Source: the human T2T-CHM13v2.0 reference genome, Homo sapiens. From it: a stretch of 64,000 nt of DNA. The DNA lies in the NCBI RefSeq assembly GCF_009914755.1, contig NC_060925.1. The stretch is one strand, 5' to 3'. The translations under genes were made by a program, and so were the position numbers. Numbering within the stretch: the first letter of the stretch is position 1; every line of letters begins with the position of its first letter. Below the pieces are notes generated by a model. That model was not told the DNA's origin. It searched no databases and was given only the letters and a program-made list of their open reading frames with translations. Below, piece by piece: positions 42,071 to 59,807 of the stretch.

Positions 42071-43934
42071 ACAGTAACACAGAACTAAATATTTGGTTCT
42101 CTCTCGCCAGTTAGATAATTTATATCTTATTGGAATTACAGCCATTTTAGTAATACATCTACCTGCTATTTAAAGGACAAAATTTAATTGTGACACTTGT
42201 GACCAATACTCAGGAATTATGTAAACCATGAATTAACTATGTTCAAAACACAATTGGTCTGCAGATAATTTATGGTAGCTCATGGCCTTAGTCATACTAA
42301 CAAAGTCTTAAGCAATTGAACAATAATGTACATGGTAAAAAATCTAGGAGGCAATAAATGCTGCTTTTTAAAAGGTGAAAAATCTAAGCAAATTGAATAA
42401 CCCAATTCACTGTAGAAATAATTTATCCTGAATAAACTTTGTGTTTGAACAGACAATAACATGGACAATCATTTGTAAGCAGCAAAATAAGACATAATTT
42501 GTTGTTGCAGAATTTAAAAAGCAAATGCCATAACCTTTAGATTGTCCAGTAATTTCTTTTGAGACCAGTAATTTTAATAATGTATCTCTCAAACAGCTTT
42601 GCTACTATGACCAAATGCTTAATGAATGATCATTTACATAGAAGAGGAATAAAAACAAGAAACTTTTATTATTTAGTTTATGCTTTGAGTAACTCTAGGG
42701 CTCTCACACACCAGATGTCTCTTAACCTTTGGGATAAGGAAATGATTTGCTATTTAGTCAGATAAAAGACCCTAATTTTGTGGTATACATAACAACTGTC
42801 AGTTTTAAAAATTATTATCGTTAATGATTATGTGAAATCAGTATAAATTTTATGTATGGAAATGAGCCACCCATATTTTATTTTATTTTTTAAAAAGTGT
42901 AACCTTATCTCACATTTTATTAGCTAATTTAGCTGTGTAGTATTAATCCTTTGGCATCCATTTGCATTCTATTTTCATTTATCTATTCTGTTCCTCCTTC
43001 CTCCCTCCCCACCATCACATTATCCTCAAACACTCATTGTATACTCTGTGTGTATGACACTGCATTACGATATGCAGGCTTGCTGGATCTCAGCCATTCT
43101 AGCTAAATCACACTCCCTAAAAAAACTTACCCTTTGGAGAACAATATTTCTTGTGAGGTATGACATTAAACTCTGTACAGTAGCAAAACCCATTTGAGCT
43201 TTTTTTTCCAAAGAAATTAAATTCCAAAAGTGCTGAGATGTTAAGCAATGGATAAAACAAGGGAGTAAATTATTCATAAATGTATTAATAAATATTTCAG
43301 TGCTAAATGGAGTCCTGGTTAACGTACATTAATATCTTAGTAAGTGAAATTCTTTGAACGTTTTATATGTTACAATTTAAAGTATTTAGTATTACTGACC
43401 ATGAATCTATAGATAAAATATTTAACAAAAGTCACTAATAAATATGAAAAGGGCACTTTGGGAAGTTTTAATAAATGAACTCATTCATAGTGCAAGACAT
43501 TTACAGGCAAACATACTTATTTATCATACCCTAAATCTGATTTTATTGTATGATTAGGATTCTTTCCATTTGAAATAGGTTGTCAAGATGAATTCTGAAC
43601 ACAAATATGAAGAGTATCATTGCTGTTTCATTAAGTGCACAGCCTCTCACCATATTGTGCATATGTCCCTGAAATGTTTTTGAATGCGCTTTATAAACTC
43701 AAATTGTAATTTTATTATTTCAACTTTTAGCAAACAGTGCATTTTCAAAAATTTGACATTTTTGCATAGGTGGGATGAAGAATGTATTGGTCCTGTCAAC
43801 CGCAAAACTGTTACTTTGGTCACTCACTGCACACTAGTGATAACACATAGCTGCTCACATTTAACGGGAACATTAAATAATCTCACTAATTTTTATGTAT
43901 GCAGCACAGTAGAATAGCCTTTCAGAAAATGTTC

Positions 43935-44135
43935 TACAGCATGGCACTTTTGACATTTTGGGCCCGATAATTCTTGGTTGTGGGACTGTCCTATCCTGTG
44001 CAGCGTACGATGTTCAGGAGTATCCCTGGCCTTTACACACTAGATGCCAGGAGCAGCTTCAACTAGTTGTGACAACCAAAAATATCCCTAAACATTGCCA
44101 AATGTCCTCTGGAGGACAAAATCATCCCCTATAAA
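43935..44135 (-). mobile_element. MER20 DNA transposon remnant
   Basis: TTGACATTTTGGGCCCGATAATTCTT...CACTAGATGCCAG...GTGACAACCAAAAAT...CATTGCCAAATGTCC. Confidence 0.78.
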
Positions 44136-44264
44136 GAAGTTCTATTTTACCATAACATGTTTTATAGGAGGAATTTAAGCTTAGGAGTCCTAACATAAGG
44201 AAGTCTTGAAAATCCTTTATCTTAAATGACAGATATGATCAGCAGTCTGCAGTGATCACTCTTC

Positions 44265-45137
44265 TATAATCAACTTTACTGAAGTATAATTTATATACAA
44301 TAACATGCAGATGTTAAGTGCACAGTTTGATGAATTTTAATAGATGTACCCATGTAACTTTAACCCCAACTAAGATATAGAACATTTCCATCACCTTAAA
44401 AAGTTCCATTCTGCTACTTTGCGGTCAATCTGGCTTACGCTAATCCAGACCCTGCCCCAGAAATGCGCTGATTTCCATCCCAATAGAGTAGTTTTGGCTG
44501 CTGTGGAACTTCATATAAATGGAATAAGAAAGTACAGGTATATACCCTTTTACGTCTGACTTCTTTCACTCAATCTAATCTCTGTGAAATTCATCCATAT
44601 TGTTGTGTATATCAGAAATTTGTTCATTTTTATTTCTTAGAAATATCCATTTGTTTGATTACGTGACAATTTGTTTATTCATTCACCTGTTGAAGGACTT
44701 TGGGTTGTTTCCAGTTTTGGGCTATTACAAAACAGCCATTTTGAACTTTCTCTCACAAGCATTTTTATAAACATGTGTTTTTATATCTCTTGGGTAAATA
44801 CCTAGAGCTGGAATTACTGTATCATAAGATAGATTTTGTTTATCTTCATAGGTAAATGGATGTACCATTTTACACTCTCACTAATAATGTGCAAGAGTTC
44901 CAGTTGTTCCACATTTTCACCCACACACTTGGTATTGTTATGATCTCTAGGGGTATCTCATGGTGATTTTAATTTACTTTTCCCTAATGATGTTGAATAT
45001 ATTTTCATGTGCTAAGTAGCCATTCATGCACCTTCTTTTGTGACGTGTCTGCTTAAGGCTTTTGCCCATTTTTAAGTTGGGTTATTTTCTTGTTGAGTTG
45101 TAAGAGCTCATTATATATTCTGGATACAAGTCCCATA

Positions 45138-45184
<47 letters not shown>

Positions 45185-45215
45185 ATATGTACGGTGAATA
45201 TTTCATCCCAGTTTA
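44265..45215 (-). mobile_element. Old L1M fragment
   Basis: Reverse-complement L1ME/MB 3' motifs (TTGGGTTGTTTCCAGTTTTGGGCTATTAC; TCTTGGGTAAATACCTAG). Confidence 0.75.
45142..45182 (+). repeat. (TG)n microsatellite, about 20 units
   Basis: Read directly. Confidence 0.95.
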
Positions 45216-46394
45216 TTAATTATCTTTTGGGAACAAAAAAAACAAAACCACTGTCAAGATTGCATTTAGAGGACCTCATTGTTGAAGTAAATCCTTATGA
45301 GGTTATTTTTATAAAGCAACCATCTAACCATGAGTTTATTCTATTTTCATGTAATCGGTTTGCTTATAGGAAAGCTTCATAGTTATAAATTGTAGTACCT
45401 ATACATAGAAAGTACTCATTCTCCAGTACAGTTACCAACAACTCTGCAATCATTGTAATCAATTTTTTTTAAAAAACAACATTTACTTTATCAAAGGTTC
45501 TGAAGTGTTTTCCCCTAAGGAGGTGTGCATGTGTATGGCTCAATGTAAACTAACTAAATAAACTGATATTAACGCAGTGTAGAAGACTGATGTTGTTAAA
45601 TATAATGCAATGCTCTGTTACATTTCTCACACAACATATAAAATTTGAATGAAATTCCTTTGGCTAGATAAAACAGTCATTTAACAAAAGATAATTAAGT
45701 AATTATGCACTTTATTAAAATCATAGAAATTAAGAGCTGAAAATATAGAGACCATCATAGTCCAATATTCTCCTCTCACTGTTGTATCAATGGAGACAGA
45801 ATACCGGGGCTGTTTTAGAGCTAGAGCCACATGGAGGAATTGGTCTTTGTTAAATAAGGCCTGCATGGTGAGTATACAGCAAATGTGATGGAGATAGGAT
45901 GATTAGGACGAAGAGGAACATTCATACTATTCTTTAGTAGCTCTTTCCCCAGGGACTCCTGTATTTTAACATACCACATCTCCTGGCAAAGAAGGTGCTG
46001 CGGTGTATAAATGAATAGGCTATCCGGGTGGGGGTTCCAGGTTAGCCCACTTCCAACTGTGGTATTTCCTAATTAGTCTGTAAAATTTTCAGGAAATTTT
46101 TACTGCTTTAGTCCAAAGAAAAAAGGGAATAAGTTGCAGTTAGATCCCTTGGAGGGCCTACAAGGAATGAGAAGTTTGGAGTTAATGTAGACAGTTCTCA
46201 GATTTGGGTGGTTCTACCCCCACTGTTTTACATTTCTGGCATTCCATCACTTTCCCAGATATTACCACTTTGTGCCTTGAAATAAAACAAGCAGATACAA
46301 ATGAACTTATATCATCCTTCCTTCCTTATCTAATGGTGTCACTACCTTGTTTCTGAATGTCCCTCAGTACACAGACAGTGAAGCTCAAACTCCC

Positions 46395-46792
46395 TTATAT
46401 TGGATGTGTCCCTTCCAAATCTCATGTTGAAATGTAATTCCCAATGCTGGAGGTAGGGCCTAGTGGGAGGTATTGGATCATGGGGCAGATCCCCCATGAA
46501 TGGCTTGCTTCTGTCCCCGTAATAGTGAGTGAATTCCTGCAGGATCCAGTTAAGATTGCGGCACCTACTTCCTCCCACTCACTGTGCGCTCCCGCTCTGG
46601 CCACGTGATGCATGTGCTCCTCCTTCACCTTCCGCCATGATTGGAAGCTTCTTGAGGCCCTCACCAGAAGCAGATGAGAGCACTATGCTTACCCTACAGC
46701 TTGCAGAACCGTCAGCCAATGAACCCTCTTTTCTTTATGCATTGCCCAGTGTCAAGTATTCCTTTATGGCAATGCAAGAATAAACTAACACG
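46395..46792 (+). mobile_element. MSTB-like MaLR solo LTR
   Basis: CCAAATCTCATGTTGAAATGTAATTCCCAATGCTGGAGGT...GAGGCCCTCACCAGAAGCAGATG...AACTAACAC. Confidence 0.78.
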
Positions 46793-47937
46793 CTCCTTAA
46801 AGGAGAGAATCTATGAAAAGCTTCTAGCAGTGTGTCAGGCTCAATAAATTGTAGTCCCCAACCTATCATGGCACAAAAGGGCCCTTCCAAATTGACTTCT
46901 CATTTATAGGACTCTCCCATCCTCCTTCACTTTTCACTGCCTTCTCCAAAATGTTCCAGTGTTCTAGAACACTGGGGTCTTCTCCGTTCTGTGCACTATC
47001 CAACTGCTCTATCTTTGTCCATGTCATTACCGCGGTCTAGAATTCACATCCACACACTCTGTCAGCCTGCAGAATCCCCACTGTTCCTTTAGAATCAAAT
47101 CAAGTGTCAACTCTCTGAAGCCCCCGATTCTCATTTTCCCCACTACCTCTTCCTCAGAAGGAATTGCTGCCTAATTTTGATTTTGTACATAGCTCTTTCA
47201 TAATACTGGCCACAATATGGCAGTTATTTGTTTATGTATTTGCTTCTTCTGATAACTAACGAGGTCTTGAAAGTAGAGACTGTGTCTTACATAACCAACT
47301 TGTAGTTCAGCACCCAAAATATGGTGAGGGTTTGGTGAATGCTTGCTGATTTGAACAGAATTGATATGTGGGCCACATTTGTTTAAAACCACAGCCCTAG
47401 GGTCATTGGTCATTTGCCTCAAGTAAGAGAGCTAGAAGAGATGGTGTATAGTGAAGCTGAGCAGAGCAAGGAAAAGTAGGAAAACTTCCTTAAGTAGTAG
47501 ACCCAGAGATAATTTTTCCCTACAGGTTTCATTTCTCTTAAGTACTTTTAAAAAGAGGAGCTATATAAATCAAGCAATCCACCAGCTTTGGAAAAATTGT
47601 GTTGCCTCCAAGGGGTTTATTCTGAGGAGAATATGCATGTTTGCACAAAAGTTATTTTATTTGTCAGAAAATTATTTTCATAATCTTATCCTGCTTAAAT
47701 ATTTGACCATCCCTAAAATGCCTGAGAGAAAAAAAAAACATGATTCTGGTCAGGGCTGCAATTCACTGTAAAAGCAAAATCTGGGACTTAAGATGGGTAG
47801 AAAGAGAAGTGATTTGTGTATTTGGATTTAATTCATTATTTAAAAATCAGAAAAAATTATTTAACACTTCAAACATATAGAAATAGTATGGCAGAAACCA
47901 TTGTTTTTCAGATCCCTCACCTTCCATCTGCATTAAA

Positions 47938-48530
<593 letters not shown>

Positions 48531-48534
48531 AAAA

Positions 48535-50070
48535 GTGCATTCCTAGATAGTATTTTTCCTTGGGGATTCATGAATGTAGGTCGTTCAGTGTTTTCTGACA
48601 ATGTGTAAGTATCATTCTCCTCTTAAAGAGTATATAAAGTTGTTATAGTTTCTTAGGTTAAGAGTTACTTTACTTTATTATTAAAAGGTATTACATTTTC
48701 TTCTGTCTCCTGTATTTGATGTTGAGTAGTCTGCCGGAAATATTTCTTCCTTTGAAGATGTTTTTATCTTTTCTCTGTGGTTGCTTTTAGTTTACCTATT
48801 TGTTTTTGGTGTTCTGAAAATATTTTTTATGATGTTTCTATGCATAAACTTATTTATATTATACATTTCAAAATTCTCTTGGCTTCTTGAGACTGGGTAT
48901 TCATGTCTTCTCATTCATCTTAGAAAATTCCTAGTCATTAATTCTTCATTGCTTTTCAAAATTGCCTCTATCTCCTTTTGGAACTTCTATTTAACATATG
49001 CTGTGTTTTCACTTTTCATTCTCCTGTCCTTTTTTTTTTTTTTAATCTCTTTCTTTAGTTTGAGCTGTAGTTTGGGCAATTTTCTAAGACTTACCTTTTA
49101 GTTCACAAATTATCTCTCTAGCTATATTTAACTTACTATTCATCCTATTTATTGTAATTTAAAATTTTGATTACAATGTTTTTAATTTTTAGAAATTCAT
49201 TTGGTTCTTTCAAAAAATCTTCCGTTTTTAAACAGTATAATTTTATTTTTTACGTTTCAATTTCTTATTTTATATCTTTAATACATTTAAATATACTTAT
49301 TTTATGATTTCTATTAGATTGTTTCAATATCAAATATTCTTGGGGATCTTATTCTAACTCTTATTCAGGGTGGATTGTTTCTTCATCTGTTTTGTAATTT
49401 TGGACTGTTATCTAATTTTTAGGAAAATTTATGTGTGGGAACCCTGTGCAGCCTGGGTTGAGGGTGTGCTCTTCTGGAGTAGGTTTTGGTTTGCCCTGGC
49501 CAGATGTAATAAGAGTATCAGAAGCTTGAACCAATTTATATGTTAATTGTTTGGCTTGCTTGCCGGGGTGGTGAGGAGTTAGATTCCCATAGTTAAATTT
49601 TCAGGGAGACTTTTTCCCACACAGAGCCAGGACTACTCAGACGAGCTCTTTTATTAACTCCCATTAACTCCCGGGGCTGGAAGGTGAATTGTTTCCTAAA
49701 CTATTCTTTCACTAATGGAGCAGCCCTTTTAGGATAATGGTTTTATGAAGGAGGTTCTCAGTTCCAAACTCTGTTTTGGGCAAGCTTAAGACATAAGTGC
49801 CATTTTCCAAATGGGCATTAAAGCTGCCTGCATTACAAAGGCTGAGACAGCCTGTTGCTCTGACATAGTCTCTGTCAGCCCATAAACTTGCTTCTCTGTT
49901 TTTCAGTTTTCCTCTTTCATTTCTATCACCTGTGATGTTCCCTTTGGTTTGGTGCCCTTAGCTATGATTTAAAAGAGTATGTGTTATATTTTATCCAGCA
50001 TTTCTACGTGCTTGTAGCTGAAAGTTTGTCAGATATTTGTAGTTTTCCTTGTAGCTAGAACCAGAACTCT
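48535..50070 (-). mobile_element. Very old LINE-like (L1M ORF1/5' region) fragment
   Basis: T-rich decayed sequence with L1M-like motifs (AGAAAATTCCTAGTCATTA; TTTTAGAAATTCATTTGGTTCTTT). Boundaries approximate. Confidence 0.45.
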
Positions 50071-50939
50071 CTCAAATTTCTTTTTAAGAGCTTTACATTT
50101 TGCTTTTATTTAAAATAAACTTTGAGGTTTTTTTTTTCTTTGGAAAAAAATATAATGAAAGAGCAAAGCACAAAAATCTGAATGAAAATTAAATCAGTAC
50201 ATATGTTTAAAAGACATAGCATCCTTGCCTGCTTTTTGTATTAATCAGCTTGTTCTTCTAAGTGCTAAGGAGACACATAATGTGATTGAAGGAAATAGAT
50301 TTTGCCTTCTGGTTTTAGTATTCACCCTCTCTGTTATTCTCTAACTCTGGATATGTAATTTATCCTCCGGCATCCATAGTTTTCACCTGTAAATAGGAAA
50401 AATGATACCTGTTTAATTACTTCTTAGGGTTATTAAGAAGTTCAAATGAAATAACATATAGTCGGTGACAGCTTTCTGTAGACTGTAAAACATGAGGCAA
50501 ATGATAGTTACTGCTAAGTACTTTCAGGTAGTAATGGGATTGGTAAGTTGCACTTGCTTTTATTCCCTACAGTTGCATGTTTCTGAGAATTGTGGGTCTG
50601 GCCCACTCATACGCTTATATTTGAATTCCCGAACTTTTTTTTCTATAAAAGAGAAAGGTGAATTAACCCTTCATAGAACACTAAAACTATAATTAATTAA
50701 GTGGAAAAATCTTATTCCCTATATCCATAAAAGATAAATTCCATTGAATTAAAGAAAAAAATGCCCCTTTTTCTCATTCAAGAGCAAAGACTTCTATGAT
50801 TTCAGCTGTGTGCCACAGTTTTTATCATTTGTCTCTGTACTAAGTGGTTTCACATTCTGTGCAAGATATGTGCCAAGGGAGTTGAAAATCTTGCCCACTG
50901 CTGTGTACACCAGGAAAATAGTACTAAGTAGTACTAGTA

Positions 50940-52325
<1,386 letters not shown>

Positions 52326-52526
52326 GTAATATTTTTTGTATAGTTTCACAACGGAATCCCACATGAGGAACAGAACAATCAGTATTGTCTAGAATTATAA
52401 TTATTTAAGGGTCTATCTAGAATTCAAATAGGCTTGGTGGCAAAAAAGAAAAGGAGTTGTTCATTCTTTTAGGCAACTCGGTACTTCCACCCCCTCTATG
52501 TTTGGGCATTTTCATATCTTATGAAT

Positions 52527-53457
52527 ATTGTGGCATGTGGAGTCTGTTCCCCACTCTAAATGCTGATTAGGCCAGACACTTCATTTCTCAAACTGCCTTT
52601 CCCTGGGCTGTAGGCATATGACCTTTGCCCTGCCAATCACATACACCTATACCGGAGATCCTTGCAGTGCCAAGGATTATAGAAAACCTGAGTTCTTGGG
52701 CACCAGCAGGGACAGCTGAGGTAATGGTAGTGCTTTGTGTCTATGCTTGCTATGTGTGGCAGAGGTTGCTGCTTGTCTATTCTTTCCTTCATCCACAGTA
52801 ATGAAACCTCTTCTTAACTGGGCACATGCCATTCAGGATAAAGACTATATTATCCCGTGTCCTTGGGGGCCAGGTTTGGCTAATTCTGGCTAATGAGCTG
52901 TAACTAGAAGTGTTGCTTGACCTCTTCTGAGATCTTCCTTAAAGGACAGCTGGAGTTTCATCCGTTCCTCTTTTCTTTTGGCTTGAATGTGTATCAGGAT
53001 GGCTGAAGCTGGATTAGTACCATAAACAATGAGAAAACTACAGTAGTGGAGGCCCAGTATAGGGGAGCAAGAAAATAGAAGGTGCCTGCATCTCTGGGGC
53101 CTTCAAGCAACAGAATTTACCGATCAGTCCTGGACCTCTAGACTTTCATATGAGAAGGAGAAGTATACATCTGTCTTATTTAAGGTCGGTAATTTGGGGT
53201 CTCTGTTACTTGCTGCTGAAGTTAATCTTAATCAATGCATTGTCAGTGGTGCAAGCTGCAGCGTGAAGGTGTGCAGGCTGCAGGGGGCCGGTTCTAGGGT
53301 GTGATTTGAGGCTTCACTCCTGATTCATTGCCCTGGTCTGGTTTTTCAACCTTAACTTGTGATTCTATGACACACATATCATTTTAATGAATTCCATTCT
53401 CTTTAAATCAGTTGGAGTTGTTTTTGATTATTTATAACAAAAAGTCCTTACTGATAT
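52527..53457 (+). mobile_element. Ancient ERVL/MaLR LTR remnants (MLT1-like ~52770-53240 nested in an LTR16/33-like element)
   Basis: TTCTGGCTAATGAG...GGGGTCTCTGTTACTTGCTGCTGAA motifs and an LTR-like end ...CCTTACTGATA. Subfamilies uncertain. Confidence 0.45.
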
Positions 53458-54592
53458 GAGGTGAAAATTTCTTAAGTCTTTTTTAGATAATAAACTGAAG
53501 TTTGTTTTTCACCACAAATTTCAGCCTTAAAGCTCAGCCACATTTTCAGAAACTCAGGGTGAAAGTTCACACAGAGCATCAGTTAGAAGAAGTTAATTGT
53601 GAAAAAGGGATCATCAATGGCCATCCTTTAAATGATGAGACCTCCCGTATGTTTTGAATGATTTAATTTCCAACATATTCTCTTCTGAGTCTTTGATATA
53701 CGTGCTGACTCCATGAAATAAAGTCTAAGTGTGAAGGGAAGAGGAATTTTAATGTTTATTCTATCTCAGCACCTTGCTAAGTGGTCCTCAGCCCAGGCAT
53801 TGCTGAGCTGGGGCTGGATTTCTTCATCTTTACAATAACAGAAGAACGCACTTACCAGTGTCTGAGTTATTGCTTACAGACAGGAAGGTTTCAAGCCTCA
53901 GATGCTGAGCAGTGAGAATGGCCAACAAAAAGCATGAAGTTAGTTTTGCCTCAAATAAAAGACTTCTTTTGATTCTTAAAATCCTTTCAGAATCTCATTT
54001 GGATCTCTGAGGGACAATTATACTTTCTCATCATCTAGTTGTTCAACACCAGTTTGAGCTATTAGTGTACTCATTCATTCAACCATGCCTTTGGCAAACG
54101 CTTTTTAATACCTACTCTGTGCCAGGCATTACTTGGCCATCGCTTTCTCCCTGCCCCTTGTCTCAATATCCATTCCACATTCTGAATGAATTCAGTGGAT
54201 GAGGCTGAAGAGTCTGAGGGAAGCAATGTGATTAATTTATGCATCATGTATCAAGTATGACATGCGGATGCTGGGACGCGGCACTTGAGAACACAGGCTG
54301 CCTCCCTTCCTCAGCTGTTGCAGGCGTGCACTCTGTCAAAATGCATGTCCAGAAAGGTCTAAGTCCCTGAAGTGTGGTGTTTATTAAGAAAAGGTTCACC
54401 TTTTATATCCTCCAACATTTCTAGTAAAATCATAACCATCCTCAATTTGCAACCACAGACTTCTGGGAATACAGCTATTATTGGCTCCAAACCCTCTCCT
54501 CTGTGATTCATAGATTGCTATCTGTGAGGGCAAGAACTTTGCATTTTATTCATCTTTGCATCCCCAGAGCATAGCATGTAATAATCATTTAT

Positions 54593-54907
54593 TATTTATT
54601 TATTTTTTTTTTTATTTTTTTTTGAGACGGAGTCTCACTCTGTTGCCTAGGCTGGAGTGCAGTGGCACTATCTCGGCTCACTGCAACCTCCGCCTCCTGG
54701 GTTTAAGCAGTTCTCCCTGCCTCAGCCTCCTGAGCATCTGGGACTACAGGCACCCGCCACCAAACCTAACTAATTTTTGTATTTTTAGTAGAGTCAGGGT
54801 GTCACCATGTTGGCCTGGCTGATCTCGAACTCCTGACCTCAAGTGATCTGCCCACCTCGGCCTCCCAAAGTGGGGGGATTACAGGTGTGAGCCACTGCGC
54901 CAAGCCT
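54593..54907 (-). mobile_element. Alu (AluS-like)
   Basis: Reverse-complement dimer with T tail. Confidence 0.9.
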
Positions 54908-55762
54908 AAATAATGTTTTCAAAAAATTTAAATTATTTCTCACAAACAATGTGCATACAGTTTGTTGTCTTTACTGTCTACCCCACACAACTGACCTGGT
55001 ACCCCCTAGTACTCACATAATTCAGCTTAGAGATCAGTTCCTCAGGGATACCTTCTCTGATACCGGAGCTAAGGTCTGGGCCCCCTATTATGAGTTCAGA
55101 GAACACCTTAGGTTTAGGTTTCCACTTTATAGCACTTACTATACTTTTATTTATGTAATGTTTGTGTTCTGTACTGGAATAAGACCCCCAGGAAGTCTGT
55201 AACATCCTCTTATTCTCAGTGCTATTATTTATAATCAATGCCTAGGACACAATAGATGCTCAGTAAACATTTCCAGAATAAATGAGTTTTGATCAATAGC
55301 ATTTTTGAGGCTAGTCTCCCTCTTTTTCTCATCCTCTACTGTACACAGTGATTTACATCCTTTCCAAACTGGTGTTTTTTTGTTTTGTTTTGTTGTTGTT
55401 TTTTTTTTTTTCCCTACTGTCACTTTCCAATTCCTACCACCTACTGGTTGAACCCATGATGTCTTGGGGACTAGATGTCAGGGTGGCTACACATTTCCAT
55501 TTTGGAGAGCAGTTTCCTATTTTTAGCACTTCTCCAGGGCTTGGACTGATAAGGCAGTGGAGTCCTTCTGCCCTCAGAACTTTGCCTTTTAACTTCGTTC
55601 CTTGGGAATGTGCCTGTCAGGCTCTGTGGAGAAGTTATTCCTCCTTTTGATGAGAAATTGAGACTACCTGAGCTCCTTCCCTGCTTTAAATGAACCACTA
55701 GAGGGGGCAGTGACCTGCTCTGCTGCTGCGCCTGAATTGCACCTGTAGGATATTAGGGTTAG

Positions 55763-56251
<489 letters not shown>

Positions 56252-57364
56252 GCTATGGATCAATTTTGACAAGTCTGATTAACTCACCAAGAATTCCTTG
56301 GACCACCAATGCAATTATCCACATTGATTTATGAATGGTCCATAGCCACACATATGTGTGTGGGCTAAAGGGAGGAATAGCAAGCGGTAATGGAAATTAT
56401 GCTCAATTCCACCACTTGTGGAAAACAAGATGTAATGGACGTTGCTAGCTATTGTCTTTTTGTCATCCAAGCAAGCTTTCTCATCACCCTTTATTCTGGT
56501 AACTGCCTTCCCTCCTCCTCACTCCCTTTGCAGAGGCAGGGGCCAGTTTCAGGTCTGGCTAATCACAGCTCTCCATTCCTTCCCACTTAGTAATGGTTCA
56601 GGGGAAGGTAAAAACTCAAGCTGACTTTATTAAAGTCCTTCCCTGAGATTTCTGAGTTTAAAAACAAGAGAAGCAGTGGTGTTTTCTCGGGGTCATGGTA
56701 CCATAAGGATATGAAGTTAGAAGACTGTGACTATCTTTGTAACCAAACAAAGAAGACCTGCTATAGGAGCAGATCAGAGAGTTAAGCAGAGACTCAGAGA
56801 GAAAAGCTGGATGTAGAATTGAATCATGATCCCAATTCTTCAGCCCTGGAGCCAACATCTTTTTTCAGGTTCTTCAAGTTACCCTACTTTATTATGCCTG
56901 GCTACATGGGCCTATCAATTCCTTTCTTTTGTTTAAAGATAGTTGGAATTAGATTTTTATCATTCACAATGAAGAATTTTGATGAGAAATTCTAGAGGCC
57001 AAACATACCAAAAAATACCCCCTGTTTTAGGTTAACAGTTTGTCTGTAGTCACTGTGGGTGTAGGGTAATATCGCCTTTCCTCTGACCCTAAACTAAGGA
57101 TGGATAAGCCTGAAGTCAGTCTTTCAGTATAAACCTCATGGGTGACTAGTGATCAGCTTTTTGTATTTCCTCACTATTGTCTGTCTTGGTCAGCTCAACC
57201 AGGAAGGACAAGTTGCTACTGAGGCCAAGAGCACAGGTCAGGTGGCTTAGTTAGTTCTTTGCTGTCTACAACACAAGACTTATTCCTCAAATATCCAGCT
57301 GTTTTGCAACCTGTACCTTTGAGTGATGTGAGCTAGTGTGGCATGTCTACACTGACTCTGGAAG

Positions 57365-57555
57365 GCAGCATGGGGTGACAGAAAGAGCACCAGACTGAGC
57401 CTCGGGAGAGAGGGGTCCAGTCCCAACCCCATTCTTCTCTTATTGGAAGACCCCCAGCTGAGACATTTGACTTCTCTGGGCCTTAGTTTATCAGGTTACA
57501 AAAAAAGTGATACTTGGACAACATGATCCTAAGATACCTTCTGGCTCTAAAATTA
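57365..57555 (+). mobile_element. MIR fragment
   Basis: GGCAGCATGGGGTGACAGAAAGAGCAC...CTTCTCTGGGCCTTAGTTT. Confidence 0.55.
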
Positions 57556-58754
57556 CATTATTATCAAAGAACAGCTCAAATGCATCCCCTATGAATGGCA
57601 TTGACCTCTCTGTTCTTATATCAAAAATATATCACAATTTAACTCACTGTTTTTTCATTAGTCCTTAGGGCAAGCCATGTGCAGTATCATTAAGTATCTT
57701 TCAAATACAAATCTCTGCTTCTGGCACAAAGGAACCCCTGCCCTCCTTAGCAAATTATTTGTTACCCTTAGGCCTATTTCAGCTATGCCAGGGAAAGCGA
57801 ATCTCTTCTTCTGAAATATTCATTACTGTGAAGCAGCGATTCTGTACTTCAGGGCCTAGAAGGGGAGAGATTTCTTTGCATTCTCACCTCTGCCGCCCAG
57901 ACTCCCTTTGACACATCCACCTCCCAGACTGCAGAACGGAGGGTTGCTAGGAGACCAGGGTGGCAGACAGGCAGGATCCAGAGGGGCTCAGCTAGTTGGG
58001 AAAGCTGCAAGGGTGAACACAACAGTTGAGTGAAAAAGGAAACAAATACTTCCTGGACTCTTGATCTAGTTTTAAAAGACTAAGGTAAATACACATGGGG
58101 GTGGGCTGGGGATGGAAAGGGAGGAAGTTTCGGGGAAGAGCATATAGATGAGAGGTGGGGATGCAACATGAAGTGCTACAGGAGGTGAGCACTGCAGGAG
58201 GCTGTGTAGATGGCAGACACCAAAGGCTTATTGCTCAGAGGAGATAAAAACAAAAGTCATTTTGATTGACGACAGTCCCGGTGAACCTGAATGAGATTAA
58301 TAGTCATCTGCTTTCCTCAGGGCTACCACGATGGCTGGGTGCCTGCAGGACTGCTAAGATCCACTGACTGTCTGATGCCCTCTCTCCTGGGCCTGAGCTT
58401 GTCTCCAGGAAGCACTGATGCAAGTGCAGATGCATTTGAATTGCTCCGAATAGCAAGGGGGTGATCCAGTAGAGCTCAGTGTTACTGCGTGGGGAGCAAT
58501 GGTCAACTGGACCCTGATGGGACACCCCTAGGACACAAGGTTAAGACCACTCTAAAGCAAAGGGCACTCTACTTAGTCATGCTGTTAGCAAGGCCACGAG
58601 GTTGCTTGACGCAGTGTCTGGGCACATGGTAAGAGCTCAAGAAATGGTTGTTTTTTAAATTGTTGTTTTTATAAGGGTCCTTACCGATGGGTATTGAATA
58701 TTCCTCTACTCCCTTCACCGCTAAGATTTTGCTTGTATAATTATTTTGAAGTGA

Positions 58755-59388
<634 letters not shown>

Positions 59389-59777
59389 TGCCTTGTCTTC
59401 TTTTAATGGCCCTCTATGGGTTTCATGTCCCATTCATATACCTATGAGAATTACACACTCAGGGTCAGTTTCCTTCAGCCAATCAGCAGGCACCATTCAC
59501 AGGTACATTTGCCCACATAATGCGAACCTGACATGCCCAAATATCTAACTCAATAAAATTTGAACTACGTGTTACCATGTCTTGCCAGGAAAAAAAATCA
59601 TCATCTTTATTTTATTTCTGATTTTTAATTATGAAATGTTTTATTCATGTTTAATGTGGCACGTGGCCTGCCCCAGAAGTCATTGCATTTTTTGGGGTAC
59701 AGCATGATCCTCAGGTGAGTCTATTGCTGTTCTGTACAAAGCGGCCTCTGCTTGAGGTTATGGCTTACTGCTCATAG

Positions 59778-59807
59778 CAGCAGCAACAACAGCAGCAACA
59801 GCAGCAG
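59778..59807 (+). repeat. Mixed (CAG/CAA)10 triplet repeat, non-coding context
   Basis: CAG CAG CAA CAA CAG CAG CAA CAG CAG CAG, directly preceded in frame by TAG. Confidence 0.85.
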
